From contig NC_045698.1 of the NCBI RefSeq assembly GCF_009834535.1, positions 58,652,001 to 58,716,000 on the forward strand: a DNA stretch of 64,000 bases. Reading direction: 5' to 3'. The notes beneath the pieces are model-generated. The model was not told where the DNA came from. It ran no database searches and saw nothing but the letters and a program-made list of their open reading frames with translations. Below, piece after piece: positions 39,101 to 51,562 of the stretch. Positions within the stretch are counted from its first letter, which is position 1; each line of letters opens with the position of its first letter. Source of the stretch: Camelus ferus. Its lineage: Eukaryota. The position numbers and the translations under genes are program-made.

Positions 39101-40502
39101 TCTAGTTTGGGGAAGCTTCCACTGTGGCAAACTGACCATGCTCAAAGCTTTCATTTCTCGGGTCAGTGAGACTGGGAAAGTTTCCATTTTGTTTTGTTTT
39201 TTAAATTAGCACTGTTCTAGCTTGAACACAGTTGTTATTTCACATTTAAATTTTCTGGCTTAAACTAATTGCTTCAGTTTTCTGTTATCTTTAAACCTCT
39301 TTGAACCTAGAAAATACCAGTCATCATTGAAAAATTGTAGACTGATTCTATTATAATGCATTTAGCATCACATAAAATTGAGACCTCTGGGTCATGGTAC
39401 ACCCACATTTTTCTAGTGACTGGAGTAGAATTTGCTGAAGATCTTAGATACCATACTCCCTTTTTCAAAGACCAATATCTGTGTATTTTGGGGAGAATTA
39501 TACTTGTAATAATCATTCCTACAAACTTGAAGGTCATGTGATTAGCATCCATGAGAAAATAAAAATTTTGACCTAACTAATGAGTCAATTGGTCAGTTTA
39601 CCGTATTTGACAGAATTTGACAAGTTAGTTTTCAGAACAGCAGATCCAGTTTTGGGTTAGACATACCCTAAATGGCAGTATTAGATTGTTGATTTTCAGG
39701 ACTGATGATAAAAGCTTGGTAAATATTTATAAAATATGATTTGAAATTTCCTAAAGGATCAATCTGACAGAAGTAAAATGGATACATTATTAGTAAAAAC
39801 TTATGTTCGCATCCTGTGTGATAGATGAGTACTTTTAATTAAGACAATTTGTTCTTGGTATCTGCCACAAAATTAAGTATGGATGAGCTTGCTCTGAACA
39901 TAAAAGAAATAACAAAAGACCTAAAGAGAGGCATTTGGAGTGACTATTGAGAATCAGACAGCTGATCCAAAGAAAATGCATATCTGCAGCTTGTACTTTT
40001 TTGACTTCTTTTATGGCGAGATTGTGGGAAAATTAAACTAGGAATACACCGGCTACTGTGTAGCCAGCTGAATTATGGTATGGCACACAGGAATAAGCGG
40101 GCGGAAGGGTAATGAGTAGTATGTGAAGGTGAGACTGATACAACAGACTCCTCATACCCCTCCCCCATCTTCAGATTTCCTCAGTGAGAAGCACAATATG
40201 CTGTCCTGTACTTACCCCCTTGAGCATGCAAGCAGTGTTTGACAGGTCACTTAAGAAAGATTTTTCAGGAGAAAAGAAATTCAAGGAGAAAAGGAAATAT
40301 TACCACAAATCAAGATGCAAAAATGTCAATGTTCTCTGGGGCAAACTAAAATGGCAAAGTAGTTGACAAACTATTAAGTGCAGTGGAGCAATATCAAATA
40401 TGCAATATGATCTATTCCACTTACTTTATCAGTATGCTCTTTTTATTGTTGCATTTCTTCATGATAGTGCCTTCGTCTTCTGCCTTTTCTTTCATCCCCT
40501 AC

Positions 40503-40665
40503 ATCTGGAGTCCAGGGGTGGGCTTTCAGGCACCCGTGACCCCCTGAAGTTGCATGCCAATTTGTGATGCAGGTGTATTTGTATACTTGTGACAGGATGA
40601 TCCTTAGCTTTTGTCAGATACACTAAGAGGCACATGCCCCCAAATGGTGAAGACTCGGCATCCTA
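40503..40665. mobile_element. hAT-Charlie non-autonomous element (MER113/Charlie4z-like, subfamily uncertain)
   Basis: ggctttcaggcacccgtgaccccctgaagttgcatgcc...ccttagcttttgtcagat...ggtgaagactcgg resembles the hAT MITE consensus. Confidence 0.5.
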
Positions 40666-40789
40666 TAGCTAATTAATAACAACTTCCCGATTTTTTTTCC
40701 TTTAAAATTTCTCCATCTAGACTTTCAGTGCTGCACACCCTGACTATGCCTCCCAGATGCGTTCCCTCCCTCCCGACTCCTTTCTCTAA

Positions 40790-41600
40790 CTCATCTTCTA
40801 TAGCAAATACCACTAAATCAACTTCTTAAAACATCATCTGTATCATGTCTCAACTGCACTATAAAGCAAACAAAAAACACTAGTGGCTTTCACTTTCCTT
40901 CCAGGGTCAAGTTTAGACTTCGCACTTTGGCGTTCAAATCCATCTAATATTGGGTTCTCTAGCACCTCTACTCAGAGTGGCTGACATTTATAGAGGGGCA
41001 TTAATGTGCCAGCAACTGTGCTAAGTGCTTTCCATAAATGGACTGACATAATTTATCACATGGCTCTACAATATTGGTCCTATTCTAATAATAATGCTTA
41101 CAGATGCTTTACTGAGGCTTACGAGGTAAAGTCATCTACCTAAATTTACATAGCTAGTCAGTGACAGATCCAGAATTCAAACCAGGCAGCTTAGCCTTGC
41201 ATGAGTTTTTAGCCACCAAGTTCCCTCCTGTCCACCTAATTTACTTCTTGCCAACTGAACCCTCCCCTTTAGACAACAGGGAATCCTCACCTTCAACTGA
41301 ACAAAGCACTTTTCTGACTTCCTGCCTTTTTCATACTCCATCTTCCCCATTATCCAAGGTTGAGCTCGAGTCTCACCTCTTCTGTAATACATTCACTAAG
41401 CTCTCTGTCTTAGAACCGTAGCATCCATTGCCCACTTCCCTTGCATTGGTCTTACACAGTTTTGCATTATGACTTTTTGGGGATTGGACAGAAAGCCACT
41501 GGTGGGCGGGGTTTTGATCTTACATTTTTATCTTCTTCAGCACATCTACCAGTGCCTTTCATCAAGTTTACATTCAAAAAATACTTATTGAGAGAATAAA
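40790..41600 (+). mobile_element. L2 fragment split by a minus-strand MIR (about 40975-41220)
   Basis: L2-like ccactaaatcaacttcttaaaacatcatctg...; nested MIR atgtgccagcaactgtgctaagtgc...cagatgctttactgaggc...cagaattcaaaccaggcag; L2 3' end aaatacttattgagagaataaat. Confidence 0.6.
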
Positions 41601-41855
41601 TTAACCTGAACTTCTAGAGAGTGTAATGTTTGGAAAATGATACTATAATTAGTTCTCTAACATTCTATTATGTCTTGATAAAAGCTCCTGTATATGGTGG
41701 CAGGTGGGCTTATCAGCTATTGCTACCGTGCTGAAACTGGCTTTCTATAGCTTTCAGTTTGCGTGGGTAAATCTGATAGGCAATAAAAAGAAACTACCCA
41801 AGGTGAGTGCCCATGTGTGTGTTTTGGGGAAGTATTCATTTTCATTCAAGAAATG

Positions 41856-41928
41856 GTCTGTAGCACAGGGAACTATATTCAATACCTTGTAATGGCCTAC
41901 AATGAAAAAGAATATGAAAATGAAAATA

Positions 41929-41998
<70 letters not shown>

Positions 41999-42069
41999 TC
42001 ACTATGTTGTACACCAGACATTAACACAAAGTTGTAAATTGAATATACTTCAATAAAAAAATTTTTTTA
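41856..42069 (+). mobile_element. 5'-truncated young L1 3' end with TSD and internal (TA)n expansion
   Basis: ctgtagcacagggaactatattcaataccttg...gaatcactatgttgtacaccagac...tatacttcaataaaaaa. 8-bp TSD AAGAAATG at 41848-41855 and 42070-42077. Confidence 0.88.
41937..41995. repeat. (TA)n microsatellite, about 29 units
   Basis: Uninterrupted TA run inside the L1 fragment; source of the YIYIYI ORFs in the track. Confidence 0.97.
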
Positions 42070-42863
42070 AAGAAATGCGCTGTTATGAATAATTTTTAAA
42101 GAGAAATTATGCTGCCAGCTTTTTTTCCCTTTAAATGAATTCAGTGCTACTGGGTTAGCTCTCTCTCAAGAAAAGAGGGATCTATTTAGAGCAGACTCTC
42201 TCTCTGATCCAAAGTCAGAATTTCTGCCCAAGGAGGCCAAGAAAATTCGAAGGATTCAGATTACCAGGAAGTCCTTGGAGCAGTTAGATTCTTCTGTTCT
42301 CTTAATCTTTCCTGGGGATACACGGAGCAGTACAGATCTCTAGGTCTTGGGCCATTGTCAGATTTCCTCATCAACACGTCTTTGGGGCCTGAATTCTTTC
42401 TCACTGCCAGACACTCCAGTACGAGCTAGCAGAAAGACAAGGAAGAAAGAACTCCACCCATGTGCTTGAGAATAAACTCTCTCAGCTGGGCAGAACTATC
42501 TACACTGAAACTGTTTTCTTCTCTTATATACACACAGAATACCTTCTGTCTTTCATATCTAATTAAAACACATAGAGCCCATTTTATTGTCTAACCTTCA
42601 GAAAAATGACGTATGGAAGATATTTTGTGTAATAGATCATGTTGCAGTCAGTCTGAAAAATTACATTGTTTACATATGTATGTGCAATTTATAATAGAAT
42701 GCTTTTACTATTTTAAAAATCCTTTTGAAATTTCTAAAAGTAACTCATTCCTGAAGCATCTAATCGCTCAGTGGCTAACACCCAGGGCTTAGATGCATCA
42801 CTATAAATGACTCAGCTTTCCTTTTAATAGTTTAAAATGCAGGGCTTAGACTAAATCAGGAAT

Positions 42864-43195
42864 TACTTAAATGCTTACAGACAGAAGGCAGATAATGAAT
42901 GCTTGAAGAGGGCTTGGTGGAAATCTCTCTAAGAAGTACTGGGGATGGGGGCAAATTGGAAACAGTATGCCCTGTCTAAAGAGAATAGCTAATGTTCAGT
43001 TCCAGATGATTTTACCCTGCGAGAAAGAGGCCCCAGTGTTAAACCTTCTAGTCCTTCATAAGAAGCAACATTTTTTTTTTAAATGTGAAATTCCCTGGGT
43101 TTTAAGTTAAAAAAAATTTTTTTTGAAAGCTGGGCAGACCAAACAAAGCATATCTGAGTGTGGGATCTGTCCCTAAAGCTACCAGTTTGTTACTG
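42864..43195 (+). mobile_element. MER102-like hAT-Charlie element
   Basis: aaatgcttacag...cagtatgccctgtctaaag...ccccagtgtt...aaatgtgaaattccc...gaccaaacaaagcatatctg...ctaccagtttg follows the MER102 layout. Confidence 0.6.
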
Positions 43196-44399
43196 TGGAC
43201 TAAGTGATTCATACTTGCTGCCTTTTGACCTAGGCAACATGTACGTGTATATGCAGCAATTTCCAACATACACTGTTTCAAAACCCCTTTAAAATGAAAG
43301 ATCTTCTGTCATAATCAGTACAGCCCAATTAAGAACAATTCCTCTTAGATATGCTATTACAAATGCTTGGTAGATGGAAGGATGTGTTGTAACTTCAACA
43401 AAACTTTTTACTCTAGTCCTCCTGATATGCTCTTTCAGAAACGCTGGTTAAGATTAAATTAAAATTTCCAGGTGGTTATACAACTGTACCCAGGGAAGGT
43501 TATTAGATTCTTGACCACCCCAGAAAATGTTTAACAAATAATATTCAATAAGGATTTGTATTGGCCTCATTCTATTTAATAAAGTCTTCTTAATGTACAT
43601 AATGGAACTGAGTGTTGTCTGTCATTCTAAGATTGGGTGATTGATTCAATGATGTGCATTCCATCTTAGCCTTGCACAGGACAGTTCTTCTTTGGAGCAT
43701 TCCACTGATTACATTGGATGGATATTATAGAAATGTATAAAAATTACCTTAGCTTTAAAGGCTTTGAATATGACTGAAGATTTCAAGTGCATATACGAAA
43801 TGAAATAACAAGTTTATTGTACAAACTGATATGGTAGAAATTAATGGTGAGCAGTGCCAAGACAGAGAAGAATCCAATCAAGTGAGATCAACCACCACAA
43901 ACTCTCCAGAGATGAGTTTTATAATGGACTTTGAAGAGAGTATGAGGCCAGGGAAGGCAGAGATTAACAAGCCATGCTAGGTCTACTGGGTTTTATGTTT
44001 AATGGGAAGATGAATGAGTCAAGTGCAATCATCTCTAGGCAAAGGAGATACTGCAGATATGAACAAGGGGGAAATGGTGTCATTTCACAGTCCTTAAAAT
44101 GGACTAATGATACAGAATGTCAAAGAGAATCATTACCAAATTTATTCATTAAAGTTAGTTCTAATATTGTATTAAATCCAGTTTTTTAGCATTATGACCC
44201 CTGATTTTGACCAAAGAATAGTGCTTTGGTTACTGACATATGTGATAAGAGTTTTGTGTCTGCTTTTTAAAAAAAGTGAATATTGTAAATATATTGCTAT
44301 TTTACAAATCTGTATTCAATTCAATTTAAGAAGCATTTAGGAAAAGTCACAGGCTCTATAAACAAATGGTATATTTGAAGAATATGGAACGGTCTCGGA

Positions 44400-44620
44400 C
44401 ACATGTTAGAAATCAGCATGGCATGGAGGAAAGATGAGTGAGGTTGAATCTGTTTTACCGTTTGATATCTTGTGATCATGGTCAAGTAAACAAAATTCTC
44501 GAGACCAAATTTCTTCATGTATAAAATATGAATAGTTCCTATCTAGTGAGATTGTTCTCTAAAGATGAGCAACAATAAAATGTAAATCATTGCAGATGGC
44601 ATTAAATAGCAACTATTATT
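44400..44620 (+). mobile_element. MIR fragment
   Basis: tcttgtgatcatggtcaagtaaac...aaatttcttcatgtataaaatatgaatag...atgtaaatcattgcagatggc. Confidence 0.55.
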
Positions 44621-47600
44621 AAAATTATAATTATTAGTCATGTAACAATTGTAAGTTCTAAGATTGAAAAACACCCAGGTGATGAATCAATTTCTAAATT
44701 GCCATTGTGATGAAGGCAGGACATCCTTCTTAAGTTAGGATCTTAAGGTCTTGTAAACAGAAATCTATTATTTTGATTTCTTTACCTTTAGTTCTCAATG
44801 TAGATGTTAACCAGGTCAGAATCTTAGCTACACTTTTCTACAAAATATCATCAGATGTTTGCAATAGGTTAAATTACTATGTTTTTTGATACAAAGGAAA
44901 AAAAGACAATTTCCCCTAGGAATCTTGTGGAAAATTAATCTGCTAATTTCTAAACCTCACTGGGATTCAAAATGCCTTGTTGAGTCTTGAACACATGGAT
45001 TGCTTTAAATACAGCAGATGCTCCTGTGTGGGGCATGGTCTTCTAGCCCCTGCTTCACTTGTGAGGCAGTTCAAATGGGGTGGTGCTGTGCAGCCCCAAA
45101 GAGGAATATAGTCCACTCTCCAGCACATCTTATTCTAAGGGCAGCATTAGGTGGAGAACACCTGAGCAAGGACATTCATTAGGAGATTTCTATACTCCAA
45201 ATACACTCCTACACATGAAAGGGAGGAAAGGGCCCCCTTGATTTGTGTTTATGAGGTTGCAAATCATTCCTCCAGAAAATATAGTAAGACTCTCCCTCGG
45301 GTATATAACATAAATGCCAAAGTCAATTAATCCCATCAATTCCATTAAAAGCATCTGAATAAAAGCTGGAAAATTCAGACATCTGTATTGATCTAAATAT
45401 TTCTCCATAGACATTTTATGTATATATATATTTATATATATATCTTCATATATACATAAATCATCCTAGGATAAAAATAGGCAAAAAAAAAAAAAAAACC
45501 CCAGAGAGATGCAAAACGTAATGCTTACATAGAATTGTTTTCATCAGAATTCAATTCTAACACTAATATGGATTAGTTATTAATCATAATAATGAGCCAG
45601 ATTATTTTATCCTTAAAGAGACCAAGTTTGAATTATGAAGATCTTAATATTTTCTGTATCAAAAATATTTTTAATCATAATTTGAATTCTCCTTTTCCCT
45701 TGTTTCATAGATAAGAGCTTCTTTGTTTATTTCATTAGATGCAGAAAGGATACAGAAAAGAAAAAGAAAATTATCTGTCAGCTAAGTAAAATTCAAATGT
45801 AGACTTTGGAACTAACCATAAATAGTTGATTTTTGTTTGTTTAAATACTTTTAGATTTCTTGATTTTCAGTAGTTTTGAATATCAAATTTATCTTTTAAG
45901 ATGAGCCAAGTTTAGCAGCCTGTGGCCTAAAAAATTATCAACTATACATATTTTAAAGCACTATTTTTCCTATCATAAAGCTACAAACATCTGCACTGAT
46001 TACAATTAAAAACAGTGTAAAAGACTATCACTCCAATTATAGCTTCTTGTTCTCATCAAAATTCAGGACTGTCCTCAGACAGCAATGTGTGTGATGCCCA
46101 TATGCCTTTTTCTCTGAAACAAAACCTTCCTGAGATTTTTTTCCCCCACTTTGTTTAAAACAATGGATGTGTGTAGTTATAGTAAATTTATCTTTATCAG
46201 AAGTAGCATTTTATTGAGAGCCTATTTTCAAAGCTCCTTAGAAGTCTATTTTTCCTTCTGTCTGTGTGAGTCTACTTAGAAGAAATGCAGAAAAGTATTA
46301 GTAGGCCATCCAACCAAAAGCTTCTAGCTTTCCAAATTATTCTGAATGCTGTTTTAAGCATTGGCTTAAAACTACCCGCTATGGCTCTCAACATTATTGA
46401 CAGCAAAAAGTGCCAAAGAGCTGCTGAATTTGAAATATGTATACATTGAATTTCTACAAATACTACATAGAAAATTGGAACACTATTTCTCAGAATTTTT
46501 TGAGTACCTTTTTTACATATGGAAATAAAACAGAACTACTCATGTATTAATTAGTAGAAAATGGAAAAACTGAATACAATGTTTAAATTACGAGTTCAGT
46601 TAAGAAATTATACAAGAAATTTAGAAAATCACCAAACAGGTGAGCTGTATTTCTTAAGAATCTAATATTGCCATTTAAGGAGAAAAAACTGGGGGGAAAG
46701 TATTCCATATCTGTGTAACATGAATTTTCCCCCATAGCTGTTTAAAATTTATAAATGAGGAGAAAGGTGAAAACCCAAACTTGACCTCTCTTTAAACAAT
46801 TTATACTAAAAGTTAGTACTAAGTGGAGAAATTAAAGAACATTCTTTTGGGTTAGGCATTTTAAAAGTGCATCCTTACTTTAAGATATGTTTATTGTCTA
46901 AATTAAAAGATGAAAACACAAATATTCCAAAAGAATACAGCTAAGGCAAATACATCTTATCAAAGATTAAATTCATATTTTGTGAATTTCTATTTGTTCA
47001 TAATTGACTTTTTGAAAGTGAATGTTTTAACATATATTCCAAAATAAGGAAAATAACGAATAACACTTTTCCTCTGAAATATTGCTTAAAATATATGAAA
47101 AGTTAAAGTTCCACATCTCCTTCACAAATACTAAATTCATTTACTAAACCCTTTCAAGAAGGGATGTTTTATGGAAAATATTTATCAGCTATTGAACACC
47201 ATGTGTATAAATAAAGTTACAGCTTGTATTTCTGATTGATCTCCAACCATAATAAAAAGATATATGATTCTTACGCCATGAGGTCTTCATAATTCCTGTT
47301 TTACAGATGCAGTGTTACAGATGCCACCCTCCCCCCTTTTTTGGTGATTTTAAATCTTTAATTCTTGATCCATGACTACAACTATGCAGGTGCTTGGCAT
47401 AAATTCAGAAATCAACTTCTCTGCATCATTAAAAGGCATCTCTACCTCACAATGAAAACATTTCAAGTCTAATCTTTTCACTTTATCCAGGAAGGCAATC
47501 CTATATTCCCAGAATAGAATGGTTTATATCTGTAGGTAAAACAAATGTAATATTAAAACATGTGAATCAATGGGACCACAAGAGGATCTATGGAATAAAT

Positions 47601-48259
47601 CTCTAACAGGAAAGACAGAAATGTGTGATTTTGGTTAAGTTCACTCGACACCAGTTGAAGAGTAACTTACTAAAGGAAGTTCAGGCACACTTCCTCTACA
47701 CATACATAGTGTGAATCAGGCCATCTTTGTTATATTTTGCAAGGGTAACAGTGGAGAGCTGTATTTCTGAGAGTGACGATGATACCTTAGCTTCTAAACA
47801 AAACTTTTACAATCCGATGCTCCAAGTGCTGCTTGCAGGGCAGCCAGGCGGGGTGGTGCTAACAGAAGTGTCAGAGAGCAGAACGATTTAGGTTTTCCCA
47901 AGAAGGTGGTTCTTTGACCTGTATCACCTCTCCTCTCAGAATTAGAGTGCTGAAGGGGGCATTTTATTTAAAACGAAAGCCTGGTGGATACAAGGGGGAA
48001 AAAAGGCTTCAAATCTTTAAGAAATTGAAAATCCAAACAGGAATTTTCAAGAAAAGCTGGAGGGAGAAATGATAAAATGGAAAGGACAGGGAGAGGAACC
48101 CCACTTCTTAGACTATATGCACGCAAACTAAAACGCCCCCCCCCCAAATTTTAAGCCAGGTTATTTAAACTTATGGGGTATTTTAAACTAAAATAATTAT
48201 ATTTTTCAAGCAAAATAACTCCTTTTTGCCTGAATTCTCTGAATAATAATGACAGTTCC

Positions 48260-48720
48260 TCTCTTTCACCGGCCTTGTGGACATTAAATGCAAACAAGGA
48301 CGGTTCCCGGCGATCAGAGTCTTGGGGAGATTTGTGGTTCAGCCACTAGATGGCATGAAAACACCGCACTGGGCCTCCCCTCCACCGTGCGGGGCGCGCC
48401 ATCCAGGAGTTTATCCTCAAGCTGGGAGCTCGGCGTTTAGTCAAGTAAGATGCATATTCTTTCAGAGAAATCTTTCTGTGCCGCGTGACCCTTTTCAGGA
48501 CACAAAGTGGGTATTCCGCCCTCCCCTGACACACACTCAGAAAATGTCGAATTAAATTTGGAAGAGCAGACATCGTTTCAGTGTTTACTGGGGCTTCCTG
48601 AGAACTTTACCTTCCAGCTCTTTGGGGGGTAGCCTGCTATCCTGAGCAGGTAGCTGAGGGTGAGAGAGCCCCCTCAGCGTCAGGCCCGTGGGCAAACAAC
48701 TGCAGACCAAGTTTGCGTAT
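48260..48720. promoter_or_regulatory. CpG-rich patch around a candidate first-exon/intron boundary
   Basis: Roughly 20 CpGs in about 460 bp (hand count), including GGGGCGCGCC and GC-box-like CCGCCCTCCCC, in an otherwise CpG-poor window. Confidence 0.6.
48343..48355 (+). promoter_or_regulatory. CTCF core motif
   Basis: CCACTAGATGGCA matches the CTCF core consensus CCASYAGRKGGCR at every position; lies in a CpG-rich patch. Confidence 0.6.
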
Positions 48721-49000
48721 TTTCAGTCCTCTTGCTCTCTTCCCTGATTGTTTTTTTTTTTTTCTTCGTCAAGAATTCTCTTTGTCTTTCTTCATCTGAT
48801 ATTGTGGGGTCCCTCATTAAGGGCCATAATGTGAAAAGCTGGATTCAAAACTGCCATCAGGATGGTGGTTGTCCTCTTTTAATATTCTTTACCAGCAAAG
48901 CAAAAGGCAGTGTCTTTGTTCCTGCTTTTCACACGCAGTGTTTTTGCTTCACACAATGCTGCTGCCTGATAACCAGGCATCTTGTCTGCCCTCCAAACTT
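48611..49000 (-). other. Candidate proximal alternative first exon of a minus-strand host gene (5' end approximate; hypothesis: SOX6)
   Basis: Donor GGAAG|gtaaag (intron starts 48610); CpG-rich downstream flank; promoter-type motif cluster at 49285-49350; transposon-poor surroundings. Confidence 0.5.
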
Positions 49001-49284
49001 CGGGACCTACTTTTGGATTGGGTGTATTTGCGGCTTCCCAATGTGTACAGAAGGCAGATACCTCCCTGTGCCTCACAACAGGAACAATTACCGTACCCCT
49101 CCAGATATTAGCACCATCTCACTTCACCAAATGTCCATTGTAAAAGCTGTTTTGATCTTTTGGATAAGTGCCTTAATTTAAAACAATCGCAAAAAGGTAA
49201 AATTCGGCCTCTATGCTCAGCAGTGCATGAATGACAAATCTGTTGTAGTTTGGGGTGTATTTTAAAAGGTTCTTTTTAAAACCT

Positions 49285-49350
49285 CATAACAAATTTGCAT
49301 ATAATCAAAAATTATATTACACATTGGCAAATGGAACTGCATAATTTATT
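49285..49350 (-). promoter_or_regulatory. Promoter/enhancer motif cluster (octamer, CCAAT/NFI half-site, C/EBP-like)
   Basis: ATTTGCAT at 49293-49300, ATTGG/TTGGCA at 49323-49329, C/EBP-like ATTACACAT and TGCATAAT, all within about 55 bp. Confidence 0.45.
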
Positions 49351-51313
49351 TCATGTGCTGCTGATATAGCTATGTTTATACACAGAATGGGTCTTACAGT
49401 CCTGATATAACTCCATACCAGCTTAAAATCTGGAAGATTTCTAAAAGCTTTTTTTTTTTTTTTTTTTTTTAAGTTTTGAGCCACCCTTGAAAAGATTTTT
49501 TTTTTCCTTTGTGTAGTGGCTCAGAGACAGATTTCATTGAAACCAGGGCTAAGAATGATAATTTATGAAAACCAGAGATTTTTATGAGGACATTCAATTA
49601 AAACATTTAGAAAAATAAAGATTCGATAAAGTCACACCTCTTCAAAATACAAGTATTGGAGACCACATGGACCACTTGGTAAAACTTGCTTCATAGGCTA
49701 TGTTTTATCTTTTTACCCTGTGTATTTTTAGCTTATGAGAACATAAGTTAATTCGTCATATTAATAGATCCATGAATTGAGTCCTGCGAGTCATGTTTTA
49801 GTTGGCTCTAATCTTAGGTGTCATTTAAAATCTTAACTTTAGGCAGAATCCCCCAAATCCCATAATTATTATATGAGTTGCTATAAGATAGATAGATAAA
49901 GATATCTTGAAATAGGATCCTTAAGTTTACATAACTGATTTGCTTTCCTTAGATATTTTATGTAATTCACAATTGGTCATAAGGGATATAATACAGACTT
50001 GTGGTTTAATATTTTTTAAACTAGTGACTTTACATACAGATCTAAAACAATTTCCAGAAGTATGATTTCAACTGCTTGTGAGTGGCAGCCAAGTTTTTTT
50101 GGTGGCATCTAACTAACACCACTGGAGCAGAAAGTCACTTTATGCTTGAAAATCCACCTGGGAGTATTTATATGTGCTTATAGAAGCTGCCCGCTCAGTT
50201 CAGTTTGATCACTTATGGAAAAATAATAGCTTTCCACTGGTTCTGAGAGGGATACTGCCTCCATAATGATTGCAATGAATTATTTCAGTGAAAACCTTTA
50301 AAAAATTTTTCTTTCATTTGGACTCCCATGTGAGTGAATGACTAAACCATTCCCATAAGATGGAAAATGCAGGCACTTCCAAGTTTTTATGGTAGAGGAG
50401 TGGTGAGTGGAAGCAACACAGGCAAATGTTTTGTTTTGCTCTTTTTGTATCGAGAGTTTGATAAAACTTATAATCATTTTATGTGAAAACCACCTGGGGA
50501 AAAAAGTACTTTGTAAATGCTTTTGTTGGTGCACAAGTGCATGCAGAAAAGCCCTCATTCACATTATGTCTGGAGTCACACCAAGCAGATTTAACTAGTC
50601 CTTGAAGTGATGAGTTACACTGTCATTTGTCAACTGCTTTTCTATAATATTAGTATTTATAAAATATAAGAGAAAATCTATTGATCAGAATCTCACTTAA
50701 AAACATTTTTCTTGGTTTTTGTTTTTGTTTTGTTTTTGAGAGGCTTTTTTCCTTTAATATTGGTTGGTGTACTTGACCAACCAATTAACTAAATAGCAAA
50801 TAATTTAATAATTTAATATTCAAATAGTTAAATATCACATTCATTCCGTGACAATACAGAGTACATATTAATAGCAGAATAGTGATTACATAGAAACAAG
50901 CTCCTAAACTCTCATCTGGTGACTTTTTATTTCATGCTGGTGGTCAAGATTCTACAGAGCCATCGTATAACTTTCAGGAAAACCAGAGACTCATTAATAA
51001 TTTGGAAACTGTTAATAAATATACTTCTTTGGGAAAAAACACACAAAATTAACGTTTTGTGGTTTAGAAATATCATAAATGTGAAGTACATTTTTTTAAT
51101 GAAAATCTTAAGTTGGAAGAAATTAGAAAAAAATTAAAGACCATAGAAACTATACAGGCCACAGAAAACACTGCAGCATCTTCAAGTGACTAAAACTCTT
51201 CTCTCCTTAATATGCAAAATATAGAAGAAATGACTAAAAATTCACTATTGATTTGGGAAAAGGATGCTATTTATTTGTTGGTTATTTCAGTTATTTCCTT
51301 CACAGAAACTTAC

Positions 51314-51562
51314 GTGGTTAAGTCAGCTAGCCTAAAAATGTCAGGGCAACTACTTGACCAGAATATTAATTCTAGTTTCCCAAGTGTTTTCTCCAAGTGT
51401 GTTCCCACAAGGCACTGCCCTAAATAATCTGTGACCAAGGCCGAGCTGTCCACTGAGCCCAGAGTGAGAGCCATGGCCTCCATCTCCCTGGACAGTCTCT
51501 TCAGCCTCAAAACTTTTCGTTTTCACCGTCTTCAACAACCCAGGGCTGCATTTCTACTTCTA
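51314..51562 (-). other. Candidate 249-nt exon (5' UTR or alternative start exon)
   Basis: T-rich tract then CAG|TAG AAG TAG acceptor; donor CCAC|gtaagt; strong-Kozak ATGs with a frame open to the donor. Confidence 0.35.

Noticed and set aside
41754-42056. YIYIYI-rich ORFs
   Set aside because: Translations of the (TA)n microsatellite within an L1 fragment.
49109-49119. TAGCACCATCT, equal to the first 11 nt of miR-29a-3p
   Set aside because: The rest of the mature sequence diverges and no precursor hairpin is evident. As a target site it would lie in a 5' or promoter region, and an 11-mer match to some miRNA is unsurprising in 128 kb of both strands.
48660-49181. 173-aa plus-strand ORF
   Set aside because: GTG start, includes a poly-Phe from a T run, no recognisable domain, and antisense to the candidate first exon; consistent with chance.
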